From a virus (taxonomy: Duplodnaviria; Caudoviricetes), in IMG/VR virus record IMGVR_UViG_3300042549_009629, positions 1 to 53,926 of that record: DNA of 53,926 nt; one strand, written 5' to 3'. The position numbers and the translations under genes were made by a program. The notes beneath the pieces are model-generated. The model made no database searches. It was not told the origin of the DNA and saw only the letters and a program-made list of their open reading frames with translations. Below are positions 35,254 through 45,395 of the stretch, in pieces. The stretch's first letter is position 1. The number at the start of each line of letters is the position of its first letter.

Positions 35254-36180
35254 TTATAAATCTAAGTTAACTAATATAGTTGTATCTGTTACGGCTGAGG
35301 TTGGTAAGGGTTGAGCTAATTTAGCTACTGCTATTAATTCATAATTATTATTATACATGCCTACTGTTGTTATATAGGGAGTAAAATAAGAACCAGTTGC
35401 AAAATCATATATTATTCCACTATTTAAACTACCCGAGATTAATGTTGGGTTTTGTGAAAAATTAAATTCATTTTGTCTTAAAGTACATTTATATTGTGAT
35501 TCATATATAGTAACTGTACTTTCAAATGAACAAGTTAAAAATGGAGTTGTAACAAAACCATTAATAAATGAACTAGAATTAAAAGATAAATTACCTTTTG
35601 TTAATATGATTATACCATGTTCATATATTACATTTCCTACTCTTCTTATACTATTTTGAGTTGGGCCTGGGGTTGTTATATTTCCTAAACCATCATCTTG
35701 TAATACTCTGCTACCTGATTTTAAATATATTGTGGTTGGTTTTAAATATTCACCAAATAAATTTGAAGGGATAGAAATTACCCCTATTATATCTCCTGAT
35801 CCTGTTGGGATGTATCTATAAGAAGGTAAAGTAGTAGATAGATAATTATAATAATTTGGAGTATAAGCTGGTCCTGTTATAGTTCCATCAGGATTAAATG
35901 AAGCTGTTCCTGCTGGGGATCCGGATGGGTCAGTTAAATAATTTGAATAGTAAAGTTCTTTAATAGAATTATAAACTAAAATTTTATCTTGGATATTGAT
36001 TTGTCCGGTTGGGTTTGATCCAGATATCCAAAGTGAAGATGTAATATTTTGTCCAATATATCTATCAATCTCTACATTAGAAGCCGTTAATTCAGAATTA
36101 CCCTTAAAAGTAAATGATTTATTTACTTCAAAAGGTGAGACTAAAACGTCAGATGTTATGAATGGTTTGAATACGCTCAT
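35254..36180 (-). CDS. Baseplate/tail-fibre attachment protein (tail-collar-like C-terminus)
   Basis: GNVIYEHGIII; EFNFSQNPT; YITTVGMYNNNYELIAVAKLAQPL. Confidence 0.6.
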   Translation of the reverse strand: MSVFKPFITSDVLVSPFEVNKSFTFKGNSELTASNVEIDRYIGQNITSSLWISGSNPTGQINIQDKILVYNSIKELYYSNYLTDPSGSPAGTASFNPDGTITGPAYTPNYYNYLSTTLPSYRYIPTGSGDIIGVISIPSNLFGEYLKPTTIYLKSGSRVLQDDGLGNITTPGPTQNSIRRVGNVIYEHGIIILTKGNLSFNSSSFINGFVTTPFLTCSFESTVTIYESQYKCTLRQNEFNFSQNPTLISGSLNSGIIYDFATGSYFTPYITTVGMYNNNYELIAVAKLAQPLPTSAVTDTTILVNLDL

Positions 36181-36185
36181 TCATT

Positions 36186-37190
36186 TTAAAAATCTAATTT
36201 AACTCTAACTAAAGCTTCTTTTGTAAAATCTTTTAACAGTGGTCTTGACATTTTAGCAACTGCTAATAGATCATTACTATCGTTATACATTCCTATAGTA
36301 GTAACATATACTTGAGGTTGATTTATAAAATTAGCATAAATTACCTCTCCATTAGATCCAGAAATAAAACTTGGATTTTCTGAGTAGTTAAATTCACTGT
36401 TACGAGCTCTAACAAATATATAATCTGATGTGATTGTTTCTTCTGAATTTAAAGCAAATGAAGCACCTTTTGAAATAGCATTATATAATGTAGTTGTATT
36501 TAACCCATCTGAATTGTTTGATCTACTTGGGGATACATTTATTGATTGACTTAATGCTAATGGATTTAATAGGATTGTTCCTAAATCAGGGAATACTAAT
36601 CCGTATGAACCAGAATTAGCTACATATCCACTGTTTGGAAGAGAACCTGCTGTACCATTAGATCCTGAAATTAATTGGAATACTCTAGTAGTTCCTATGA
36701 ATGAATTTACTAGGTTATCTTGAGAATCATCTGTAAGATTGATAATCCCTCCTGATCCGGAAATTTGTAAATTTAAAGATCCAGGGAATAAAGATTCTTT
36801 ATATCTAGCTCTTTCTATAGAAAGGACCCAAAAATTTGATCCAGTTACTATATTTGTTCCTTTTCCAAAAACAAAATTAGCATTTTCGTCTTCTAAAATT
36901 AAAGCACGATATTGACCAAACATGGTTTTTGTTGGTGAATTTCCAGGTACAATACTATTAAACCAATCACTTCCACTTCCTAAAGCATCTGCATATACAA
37001 TATCAAATTGTGTATCTGAGAGTGAAGATGAAGAATAAATACTTAAGTAATAATTACCAGAAGAACCTGCTAATTGGACTGAGGATGTAAAAAATGAAGT
37101 TAAGGTTGGATTTCCAGTTGACCACAATGTGGATGTGATTGAATCACTACTAACTACAAAATCTTCTGGGTCGAATCTTTTAAATGCCAT
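36186..37190 (-). CDS. Baseplate/tail-fibre attachment protein, paralog of 35254-36180
   Basis: EFNYSENPS; YVTTIGMYNDSNDLLAVAKMSRPLLK. Confidence 0.6.
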   Translation of the reverse strand: MAFKRFDPEDFVVSSDSITSTLWSTGNPTLTSFFTSSVQLAGSSGNYYLSIYSSSSLSDTQFDIVYADALGSGSDWFNSIVPGNSPTKTMFGQYRALILEDENANFVFGKGTNIVTGSNFWVLSIERARYKESLFPGSLNLQISGSGGIINLTDDSQDNLVNSFIGTTRVFQLISGSNGTAGSLPNSGYVANSGSYGLVFPDLGTILLNPLALSQSINVSPSRSNNSDGLNTTTLYNAISKGASFALNSEETITSDYIFVRARNSEFNYSENPSFISGSNGEVIYANFINQPQVYVTTIGMYNDSNDLLAVAKMSRPLLKDFTKEALVRVKLDF

Positions 37191-37201
37191 TATTTATATT
37201 T

Positions 37202-37867
37202 TTAAACGTTTGTTTTGTTAATTGTTACGGGAATGGTTAAACGGGCACCACTGTCTAAACCTACTACTGTTAATGTAGCTGCTAATTGAGTATTAGAACC
37301 AAATAATGTATTTACTGTTGTTGCTCTTAAATTAATTTGAGAACCAATAACAGTTTGAGAAACATTTGTTCCTAAAGTTGTTGTTGTAGGAATATTTGAA
37401 TTTGTTGCTGATGTAGTATTAATTCCAACCCCTGTAAATGTACTCATTAATCTAATATCCGAAATAGTAGCTGAATATCCACTGGTTTCGTATAATTGAG
37501 TATTACCTAAGAAGTTTAATGTTTGTGGTGTTATAGAAAGTGAAGCTCCTTGTTGTAATGTAACAGCACTGTATCCTAAATCAAGTACAGGTAATTTAGC
37601 TGTTCCACGAGGTAACGTAGCTAATTTATATTTCATTATTTGAGTTTCAATTGGAAAAGCCTCTAGTAAAGGCATGTTTTCAATTGCTTCTCCGTAAAAT
37701 GAAGAACCTGAAGGGTGGTTTGGATTATATAAAGTATAATCTATTTCATCATCTGCTAGAGCAAATTGTGTAATTCTAAAAGAACCATCGTTTTTTGCTA
37801 AAAGTTCTCTACCTTTAGTTGTTAATATCGCGTCAATTGTAACGACTTGATTGTTTAAATATCCCAT
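37202..37867 (-). CDS. Virion structural protein (tail-collar-like N-terminus)
   Basis: DAILTTKGRELLA...ITQFALADDEIDY motif. Confidence 0.55.
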   Translation of the reverse strand: MGYLNNQVVTIDAILTTKGRELLAKNDGSFRITQFALADDEIDYTLYNPNHPSGSSFYGEAIENMPLLEAFPIETQIMKYKLATLPRGTAKLPVLDLGYSAVTLQQGASLSITPQTLNFLGNTQLYETSGYSATISDIRLMSTFTGVGINTTSATNSNIPTTTTLGTNVSQTVIGSQINLRATTVNTLFGSNTQLAATLTVVGLDSGARLTIPVTINKTNV

Positions 37868-37896
37868 TTTTATTTTATTGTGAGTGTATTATACTA

Positions 37897-37904
37897 ATAA
37901 ATAT
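37897..37904 (-). promoter_or_regulatory. Putative late promoter ATATTTAT
   Basis: 29 nt upstream of ATG 37867. Confidence 0.6.
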
Positions 37905-37906
37905 TA

Positions 37907-40900
37907 TTAAAGCAAACCTTTCTGTGTAAGATCGGTGATATATGTGTCAACGTTTTTATTTAATTCAGGAACTACATATTCAGGAGTTATAATATATGGG
38001 CCTGTTGAATTTATAGGTGCAAATCCTTCAAATAAAATTTGTGAAGCATCATCAACATATCTTCTAATTAAAAAATGATCTAGGTTAAAAGCATTTGAAC
38101 TAGCACTAACTGGAAGGTTTCTATTAAAGTGGACTTCAATTGAACCGGAAACAGATTCAGGAAATATTCTTGAACCAGATCCTTCTTCAGGCCCATAAAT
38201 TGTACCTACTTGATATGAAAAATCTTCTCTACCCTCAAATCTAAATTCATCTCCATATTCTATAGACCACGGTAACACTATTGGATTAAATCCAGAACCT
38301 GTTATACTAGTTTGTTTAACATTAGATTTATAAAGTTCAACTAATGTATAGTTTGATGATGTTATAATGTATGGATAACTTCCAGAATTTGGGAATTGCC
38401 ATATTGAATTGACTCCGGAGGATGTTATTGGTTGTGTATATAGTGGATATTGTGAGACCCAAAGTCTTGGATTTTTAAGATTTAAATTAGAACCTTCAGC
38501 ATAAATTTCAACATAAATAGTATCTCCTACCTCTAAATCTGAGGTTGGAATTTCAATAAAATCTATTCCTTGACCATTGAAAGAAAAACCACCAGCCCCA
38601 TATAGTTGTCCCACTCCACCTTGATCAGGATAGTATACCTTATTAACTCCTCTTTGTTTTACTATTCTTCCATATGCTGGGAAGCCACTTGAACCCGGAA
38701 TATTAATTGTATATTTTGTTTGAACTGAAAGGTTTACCCCGTCTGTTATAGTATTTGCAACAACAGTATATTCATTATTAGATACTGGAGTTCCATATGT
38801 TGTTTGGGTTAAGGGTACTTTAGTCCACGATTGAGCAGGTGGTGTGAATGGTGGAGTGGAAGGACTTGAATATAAAGCGGTATAGTTTCCTACAGCACCT
38901 TGATCAGAAGGAACAATATCTTCAAAACTCATTGTTGTATTCCACTGTGCATTTGGAGCACTTCCTGATTGGGTGTATAAAATAGGCTCAATACGAGACC
39001 CTCCTCTAATTACATTTCTATATTCTATAGCGTTTCCACTACCTACAGTATTTGAATTTATTCTAAATCTTTCTCCAGATTGGAATGTGCCTTGAACATT
39101 TGCAAGTGAATTTTCTGATGTGTTAGGGATAAAAACATCTCCATTTTGGTTAATTAGATATTTAACGTGAAGAGCAGATGCATTCATTCTTTCAGGTGGC
39201 CATCCTCCAATCCAATCACAATATGCAACCATAGTTTTTAAACTTTCTGCGGTTGGTGTTTTACCAAATGTTCCTATATCGCCTTCAGTCCATTTATTTA
39301 AAAATTGAGATGTTGATTTACTACCTAAATATCTTGGGATTATATGACGATTTAAGGTATAATTTGAATCTTGAACTGCTGCTTTCTTTGCACTTCCACT
39401 AATTAAAAGATCAAAATTAACTGGTTCTGTTATACCTGCTGAATAATCTACATCTTGGTAAGTTGTACTTAAACGAGTAAGTTCAACGTTATTTAATAAA
39501 GCATTTTCATCACTATTATAAAAATTAGGTGTTGTGATATAAGGTTCAAAAATAACAGGTTCACAATTTGAAGCACTAACTGCTCTACTTTGAGTAAGTA
39601 ATAATTGAGCTGAGGTTATATTTATTGCTCCTCCAGATAGAGGTTTTTCTAATTTAATATAATATTGGTCGTTTTGGATTGGGTAAAGTGATGCAGTTAG
39701 TAATATATTAGTAGTACCAAGAGTATTATAATATTGTGATGATATTACAGTTTCAATATTATTTCTATTTTGAATTAAAGATATAGGGTAAGATGTACCA
39801 ATACCAAAAGTTCCAGATGAAGTAATTGATGCTGAGAGGGTTAATAATGTATTGGGTGTGTTTTCAAATGTTAATATTCCTGAAGAGGTATTAAAATAGG
39901 AGGTTCCGTAATGGGGTAGGTTAGTTCCAGCTAATGTAGAATTCCAATTTATAACTGTTTTTGGAGAACCATTACCAACATTATATGATGCTGTTACAGA
40001 TGATGATACAGTATAATTAAATACTTGGTTAGGCCAAAATGATGAGATATATGTTTGAGATTTATTTAAAGTGTATAAGTAATAATTTGGGTTTTCATTT
40101 AATACTGTTACATAATATGGAACATATGTTCCTAATACCGAATTATATATTACAACTTGAGTAATATCTCCTAATACAGTTGTATTATTACTTCCACTAC
40201 AATCTATTTTTGCAATTTTTAAATATTGTGTAATCCATACATTATATGGAGGAGTAGGGGGTCCAAAACCAAAAATTCTAACAGGGTAATTATAAAATAA
40301 TATTTCTCCGTTTTGAGGTGAAGTAACATTATTTAAAAAATTATCTTTAAAAGTTACATCTTCTAAAGAACTTGTAATTCCATAGTAATGAACTTGTTTA
40401 TAATATGAATCTTGAACATCTAATGGATAAGATTGATTTAATACTTGAGTTGTAACTACTAAGTTAGAACCGCTATATTCACCGTTATAAAACTCATCTT
40501 GATTATCATGTAATACAAGTACCGATCCGGAAACTGTTGGGTAAGATTCGTACCAGCTTTGAGATATGTTGCTAAGGAAGTTAAATTGATTAACCATTCC
40601 TCCGGCACCACCATCAAAATGTTCTACAGTTCCTGGTTGGTAATCATTCCATTGGGGTTTTAAAGTTCCGGAAATGTCCAAATCTTCCCATTCAACTTGT
40701 GGTTGAGGGTATTTATTTCTTTCAAGTAAATGTTGTTTAATAACAACTCCAGAAGCAAGACTTGTACGTGCAGGTACAAAATCTTTAATCATTTTAAATA
40801 ATGAATTATCGAAAAATTTAATTAAACGAATGAAATCTGTTAAATTGTAATTTTTAGTATATTTTTCAAAATATTCATTTCGTAAAGTATCTAAAGCAGG

Positions 40901-43831
40901 ATATGACTCTGCTGAGGATGATCTTAGTCTTGGATCACCTATATAATCTCCTATGTTAAAATACCCAATTTGATTTACTATATCTTCATTAATTTCATTT
41001 TGTGGAGAAAATGCTACTTCAAGATAATTAATATTTTGAGTGTAACTTTGAGATACATTTGCCATTTGAGATAATGACATGAATGGAGATAAAGTATCTC
41101 CTTCAGGTATTACATTATTTTCTAAACGAATTTTATCATTAATTATATTTCTAACTCCTGCTACTGGTTGATCTGAAAAGAAATATTCTGTGTTAGGATT
41201 AAATAAAGGTATAGTAGAGAAATAAAAATTACTATCAGAGGGAAATGAATTTGTAATAGCCCATGAACCTGTAACTTTAGGGTGAATGGAAATGGATCCA
41301 GTGTATAGTTCTCCTCCTAAAGGAGCTCTAAAAATAAGTTCATTAGGGGAACTATTTATTGAATTTCCTTCAATTGAATATGGATTCATTACATAATCCT
41401 TAAATACACTTTCACTTATAGGGATAGTGTAATATCTTAATTCTTGAAAATAACCTTCAAAATTTTTATAGTTGATTGAGTTAAATGAAACAGGTCTTCC
41501 TAAAGATGATAGGGTGCTATTTGTCCAAGAATTATCTGAGGAAGTAATAGATGATGCTGAGTAGAAACCTAAAATGGTATTGTTATCTCCACCTTCATAT
41601 ATTTTATTAGATGTTACTAATTCAAAACTACTAGTTCCTCCTCCTAAGTTATGTCTATTTATCATTACTGACCACCAGTTTCCATCAAAAAATGGTAATA
41701 AAATGCTGGCTGAAGATAATGGGGAATTGGTGAAATCAGGATATAAAGTTAAGTTAGCATATTGATAGTAAGGATCAACAATAGATCCTGAATAAGATCC
41801 ACTAGATAGTAAAGATCCTGTATAGGTTAAGGTTAAGTATGATTTGTCATCAACATACCAAATACTTTGAGAATAAGAAAAATTAGAAGGAAATCCTGAG
41901 GGTTTAAATCTAAACATTAATGAATTGGGAACATCATTTAATGAGGCCCAATCTTTATTTACTTCCCAATCAGTATATAGAAAGTTTTTATTTTTAGTAT
42001 TAAATGAATAATTGAATTCATCTTGCCAATTATCCCAATCATTTGAATTAACTTTATCTTTTCCTCCAAATTCATTAATTCTTAATACAGTATCAGGAAT
42101 ACCATATGAAGTAATAAGAGCGCGCAGACCAGGCAAAGTACCTTTTGACTTGAGTAGGTATGGGATATTGTGGTAAATGCGTTTATATAGCGATTTATTT
42201 ACATCATCTAACGGTAAATAATCATTGGATGCCGAAGTAAATACATTGATATATTCATATCCTGAAGGTGTAGGGAGTGAACCTGTAATATTTGGGAATG
42301 GGAATAAACCACCATCTGGGGTTAAACCTAGAAATGCTGTGTATAAATCTTCATTGGAAAAATTATTTTGATATAATTTAACTCCAAAATCTCTGATTGC
42401 ATCCGCTACTATGTCTTTTGAAATACCATATTCTAAACGATTATCCGCATCATATTTATTTGTTACATCTTTATAATAGATCCAAATATTATCATAATGT
42501 TGACCCACCATGTCAATAAACAATTGATAATTGTCATTGCTTGGATCATTTCTTAAATACTCTGGGATTGCAAAAAATAAATTATCTGGGTTGGATAAAT
42601 CATATTGTGAGGCCGAAAGTAAAAGACCTCCATAATATATAGAATTTTCATCTGAAGATCCTAACCAAGTTAATACTATTGGGTCTGTTGAAGAATAAAG
42701 TTGGTAAGGAGGTTCTGTTGTTGATTTGGGATAAGCAAATGAACCGCTTGAGTAATATAAATAATAATCATAACCATCAAAATTAGTTATAATATCTGTT
42801 ATTTTAGCTTCATATATAGCTTTACTACTACTAACATTATTTGGAGAATTTATTGTAGAATCTAAAACAGCAATGGAAGCAGAGTAATCTTCTAATAATT
42901 CTACTTTATAGTAAAAATTTTCTAGTCTTGTCTTTGCAGAACTAAAATGTATAAAATTAGAAAAAGAAGTATAATCTACATTTATATCAATTTCTTTTTC
43001 TTCAAGTAAACTATTTATTTGATTTCTTGAACTAGTAAGAGTTGTTAAAACTAAATCACTATACGATAATGCTAATGTTGAATTGTTTACTTGATCTTTT
43101 AAATCAAGATTAAAATTAGGACCTCCTATTTTAACAGTATCATTAAATATTATAGGTTCAATTGGAAATGCTATTTGATAACTAATAGGATCTTCAATAG
43201 TAGTAACAACCCATAATGTACTATTTAATTCAATTGTATCAGGTAATGGTTCGTATAATTTAATTAATATAGTTGGGTTATTAATATCTTGATCATCTAA
43301 TTCAATATTGTTAGCTAATATTAAATTATTTTCTCCAAAATTTAAATAAAAATCTACAAAATAATTACTTTCTTCTCTTTCTTTAATAAATGCATTAGTT
43401 TTTTCTACTAAATCTAAAAAAGGTAAATCTGTACTATCTATTCTTAATTCAGTTCTATCGGATGATATTTCAGATATGTAAAGATTTTCAAGATATGATC
43501 CTATTTTTTTATCAAAAAAGTTAAAAGAAGTAATATAAGTACCTTGAGAAAACCCATTGTTAATTAATACTTTTTCAAGATCAATGTTGATTTGAGAAAT
43601 ACTATTATTATTACCTGAGGATTGTCCGTTATTTAGTACAGTGTATTGGGAAAAATTATATTCTAATGATAAAAGAGTTTTATTAGGATCATATATAAAA
43701 AGTTCAATATAACTATCAGATGTAAATTCTTTATTGATGTTAGAAGTAGGGATTAATGTTACAACTTGAGAATTATATTCTGTGGTGGAATTTAAACCTT
43801 GACTACTTACTTGAGTAATTTCTACAGCCAT
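37907..43831 (-). CDS. Large baseplate wedge protein (1974 aa)
   Basis: IPEYL...LLKSKGTLPGLRALITSYGIP (gp7/P2 gpI-like) and FKMIKDFVPAR motifs; LamG-like segment; located in the baseplate cluster. Confidence 0.65.
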   Translation of the reverse strand: MAVEITQVSSQGLNSTTEYNSQVVTLIPTSNINKEFTSDSYIELFIYDPNKTLLSLEYNFSQYTVLNNGQSSGNNNSISQINIDLEKVLINNGFSQGTYITSFNFFDKKIGSYLENLYISEISSDRTELRIDSTDLPFLDLVEKTNAFIKEREESNYFVDFYLNFGENNLILANNIELDDQDINNPTILIKLYEPLPDTIELNSTLWVVTTIEDPISYQIAFPIEPIIFNDTVKIGGPNFNLDLKDQVNNSTLALSYSDLVLTTLTSSRNQINSLLEEKEIDINVDYTSFSNFIHFSSAKTRLENFYYKVELLEDYSASIAVLDSTINSPNNVSSSKAIYEAKITDIITNFDGYDYYLYYSSGSFAYPKSTTEPPYQLYSSTDPIVLTWLGSSDENSIYYGGLLLSASQYDLSNPDNLFFAIPEYLRNDPSNDNYQLFIDMVGQHYDNIWIYYKDVTNKYDADNRLEYGISKDIVADAIRDFGVKLYQNNFSNEDLYTAFLGLTPDGGLFPFPNITGSLPTPSGYEYINVFTSASNDYLPLDDVNKSLYKRIYHNIPYLLKSKGTLPGLRALITSYGIPDTVLRINEFGGKDKVNSNDWDNWQDEFNYSFNTKNKNFLYTDWEVNKDWASLNDVPNSLMFRFKPSGFPSNFSYSQSIWYVDDKSYLTLTYTGSLLSSGSYSGSIVDPYYQYANLTLYPDFTNSPLSSASILLPFFDGNWWSVMINRHNLGGGTSSFELVTSNKIYEGGDNNTILGFYSASSITSSDNSWTNSTLSSLGRPVSFNSINYKNFEGYFQELRYYTIPISESVFKDYVMNPYSIEGNSINSSPNELIFRAPLGGELYTGSISIHPKVTGSWAITNSFPSDSNFYFSTIPLFNPNTEYFFSDQPVAGVRNIINDKIRLENNVIPEGDTLSPFMSLSQMANVSQSYTQNINYLEVAFSPQNEINEDIVNQIGYFNIGDYIGDPRLRSSSAESYPALDTLRNEYFEKYTKNYNLTDFIRLIKFFDNSLFKMIKDFVPARTSLASGVVIKQHLLERNKYPQPQVEWEDLDISGTLKPQWNDYQPGTVEHFDGGAGGMVNQFNFLSNISQSWYESYPTVSGSVLVLHDNQDEFYNGEYSGSNLVVTTQVLNQSYPLDVQDSYYKQVHYYGITSSLEDVTFKDNFLNNVTSPQNGEILFYNYPVRIFGFGPPTPPYNVWITQYLKIAKIDCSGSNNTTVLGDITQVVIYNSVLGTYVPYYVTVLNENPNYYLYTLNKSQTYISSFWPNQVFNYTVSSSVTASYNVGNGSPKTVINWNSTLAGTNLPHYGTSYFNTSSGILTFENTPNTLLTLSASITSSGTFGIGTSYPISLIQNRNNIETVISSQYYNTLGTTNILLTASLYPIQNDQYYIKLEKPLSGGAINITSAQLLLTQSRAVSASNCEPVIFEPYITTPNFYNSDENALLNNVELTRLSTTYQDVDYSAGITEPVNFDLLISGSAKKAAVQDSNYTLNRHIIPRYLGSKSTSQFLNKWTEGDIGTFGKTPTAESLKTMVAYCDWIGGWPPERMNASALHVKYLINQNGDVFIPNTSENSLANVQGTFQSGERFRINSNTVGSGNAIEYRNVIRGGSRIEPILYTQSGSAPNAQWNTTMSFEDIVPSDQGAVGNYTALYSSPSTPPFTPPAQSWTKVPLTQTTYGTPVSNNEYTVVANTITDGVNLSVQTKYTINIPGSSGFPAYGRIVKQRGVNKVYYPDQGGVGQLYGAGGFSFNGQGIDFIEIPTSDLEVGDTIYVEIYAEGSNLNLKNPRLWVSQYPLYTQPITSSGVNSIWQFPNSGSYPYIITSSNYTLVELYKSNVKQTSITGSGFNPIVLPWSIEYGDEFRFEGREDFSYQVGTIYGPEEGSGSRIFPESVSGSIEVHFNRNLPVSASSNAFNLDHFLIRRYVDDASQILFEGFAPINSTGPYIITPEYVVPELNKNVDTYITDLTQKGLL

Positions 43832-44187
43832 TATATTATATTAGAGGATGAAATTTGTAAATCTATGTTTTGTTTTTGAGTATCAAGTAATTCAATTCTC
43901 AATTGAGCTATTTCATTTTGTAAAGCTATTATTTCTTCTTGGTTAGCTTCAAACCCAATATATTCACTACTTTTTTTAATTAAATATTCATGTGAATTAA
44001 ATTCTCCTTTTTCTGGGATTAGGTAAAATAAATCATTATACATATCAAAAAAATCAGTAACCGTGGGTTGGGATTCTATTTGATCTGAGATTGGTTGGAC
44101 TCCTAATTGGGTAAAAGAGGTATCTATTACTTTAGAATATGCATTTTTATCAAATACACTTTTATTAAATTGAATTTCTTCGGCCAT
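43831..44187 (-). CDS. Hypothetical baseplate-associated protein with C-terminal coiled coil
   Basis: Coupled ORF; EIIALQNEIAQLRIEL heptads. Confidence 0.5.
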   Translation of the reverse strand: MAEEIQFNKSVFDKNAYSKVIDTSFTQLGVQPISDQIESQPTVTDFFDMYNDLFYLIPEKGEFNSHEYLIKKSSEYIGFEANQEEIIALQNEIAQLRIELLDTQKQNIDLQISSSNII

Positions 44188-45368
44188 TAGTTAATAACTT
44201 TAAAATAATAATCATCATCAAATATTAATGTAGAACCATCAATTATAGTTTTAATTAAAATTTTATAATATCTTTCTGGTTCTAATCCACTCATGTAAAT
44301 ATCAAAATAATTTCCTTTTGAATTAGCACTTATTTGAGTATATTGTTCATCGAAGTTAATAACAAATTCATTAGTAGCCAAGTCTTTTATGGCGTAGTAT
44401 GAAGAAGTAGGTAAATAATTTAAATTAGTAAATAATGAAGAGGTTTGATATACCCTAGCAGGATATAAAGGACTTACATTTACATAAAATCTATTTACAC
44501 TGTCTGGGTAAAATGATTCTGGATTTTCAGATAAAGATAATTTTAAATCTGGGGTGTTTACTATTGAAGATGGGGGGATTGTTATTGAGGAATAATCTCT
44601 CCATCTAAACTCTAATTGAGGGGGATAAATTGTATTGGTATCAACACTATAATATTTTAAAATAGGTTGAATATTAGGATTAGTTGAAAATTCAAATTCA
44701 TCTGTAAGTTTACAAATAAATCCGTAATTTGGAATAATAGATCCATTCCAAAGATCTACTATTGAAGTAACATCTAATTCAATATCTTTTACATCTCTTA
44801 ATCCAAAAGATATATCTGGTGAACCATTAAGTGGTAATGGTGTTGGTATATATCCAGGAATAACATATCCTACAGTTACATATGAACTAGATAAGTTATT
44901 AAAAAACCAATTTCCTCCACCAAGTTCAGAATAACCAGGGTTATATGAACCTGTAATAAGATATCCATTATATGAACCCGTAAATATCCATTGTCCTGAG
45001 CCTGAAGTAGAGGAAAATTCCCATGAGGCTCCATTTTGTTCTTGGGGTGAATCTAAATAATATCCGGTACCATTATTCCATGATTGAGCAATAGGATATA
45101 TTTCAAGTGATGTATCTGTAGAAATTCCTTGAGCAGTTGCAATAAAGTTTTTTAAATATATTTGATATAAATTTCCATTAATTTTATTAGAAATTATATC
45201 TTGAATTTCTTCATTATCAAATTGAGTTAAATATCTTGATACTGTGGGAGACCCCGCAGAATTTAAAATATTTGAAATTTCTAAAATAGAATCTAACCCA
45301 GTATTCATTAAAGGATATCCCGAATAAAGAGTAGTATCTTGAGACGGGAATATTTTATAAACAGCCAT
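44187..45368 (-). CDS. CBM96/DNRLRE-like domain virion protein
   Basis: DTTLYS..P..NTG, RYLTQFD, QSWNNGTG, DVTSIV..W, PNYGF, PQLE pattern. Confidence 0.55.
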   Translation of the reverse strand: MAVYKIFPSQDTTLYSGYPLMNTGLDSILEISNILNSAGSPTVSRYLTQFDNEEIQDIISNKINGNLYQIYLKNFIATAQGISTDTSLEIYPIAQSWNNGTGYYLDSPQEQNGASWEFSSTSGSGQWIFTGSYNGYLITGSYNPGYSELGGGNWFFNNLSSSYVTVGYVIPGYIPTPLPLNGSPDISFGLRDVKDIELDVTSIVDLWNGSIIPNYGFICKLTDEFEFSTNPNIQPILKYYSVDTNTIYPPQLEFRWRDYSSITIPPSSIVNTPDLKLSLSENPESFYPDSVNRFYVNVSPLYPARVYQTSSLFTNLNYLPTSSYYAIKDLATNEFVINFDEQYTQISANSKGNYFDIYMSGLEPERYYKILIKTIIDGSTLIFDDDYYFKVIN

Positions 45369-45383
45369 TTATGTTATTTTATT

Positions 45384-45391
45384 ATAAATAT
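45384..45391 (-). promoter_or_regulatory. Putative late promoter ATATTTAT
   Basis: 15 nt upstream of ATG 45368. Confidence 0.6.
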
Positions 45392-45395
45392 GCTA

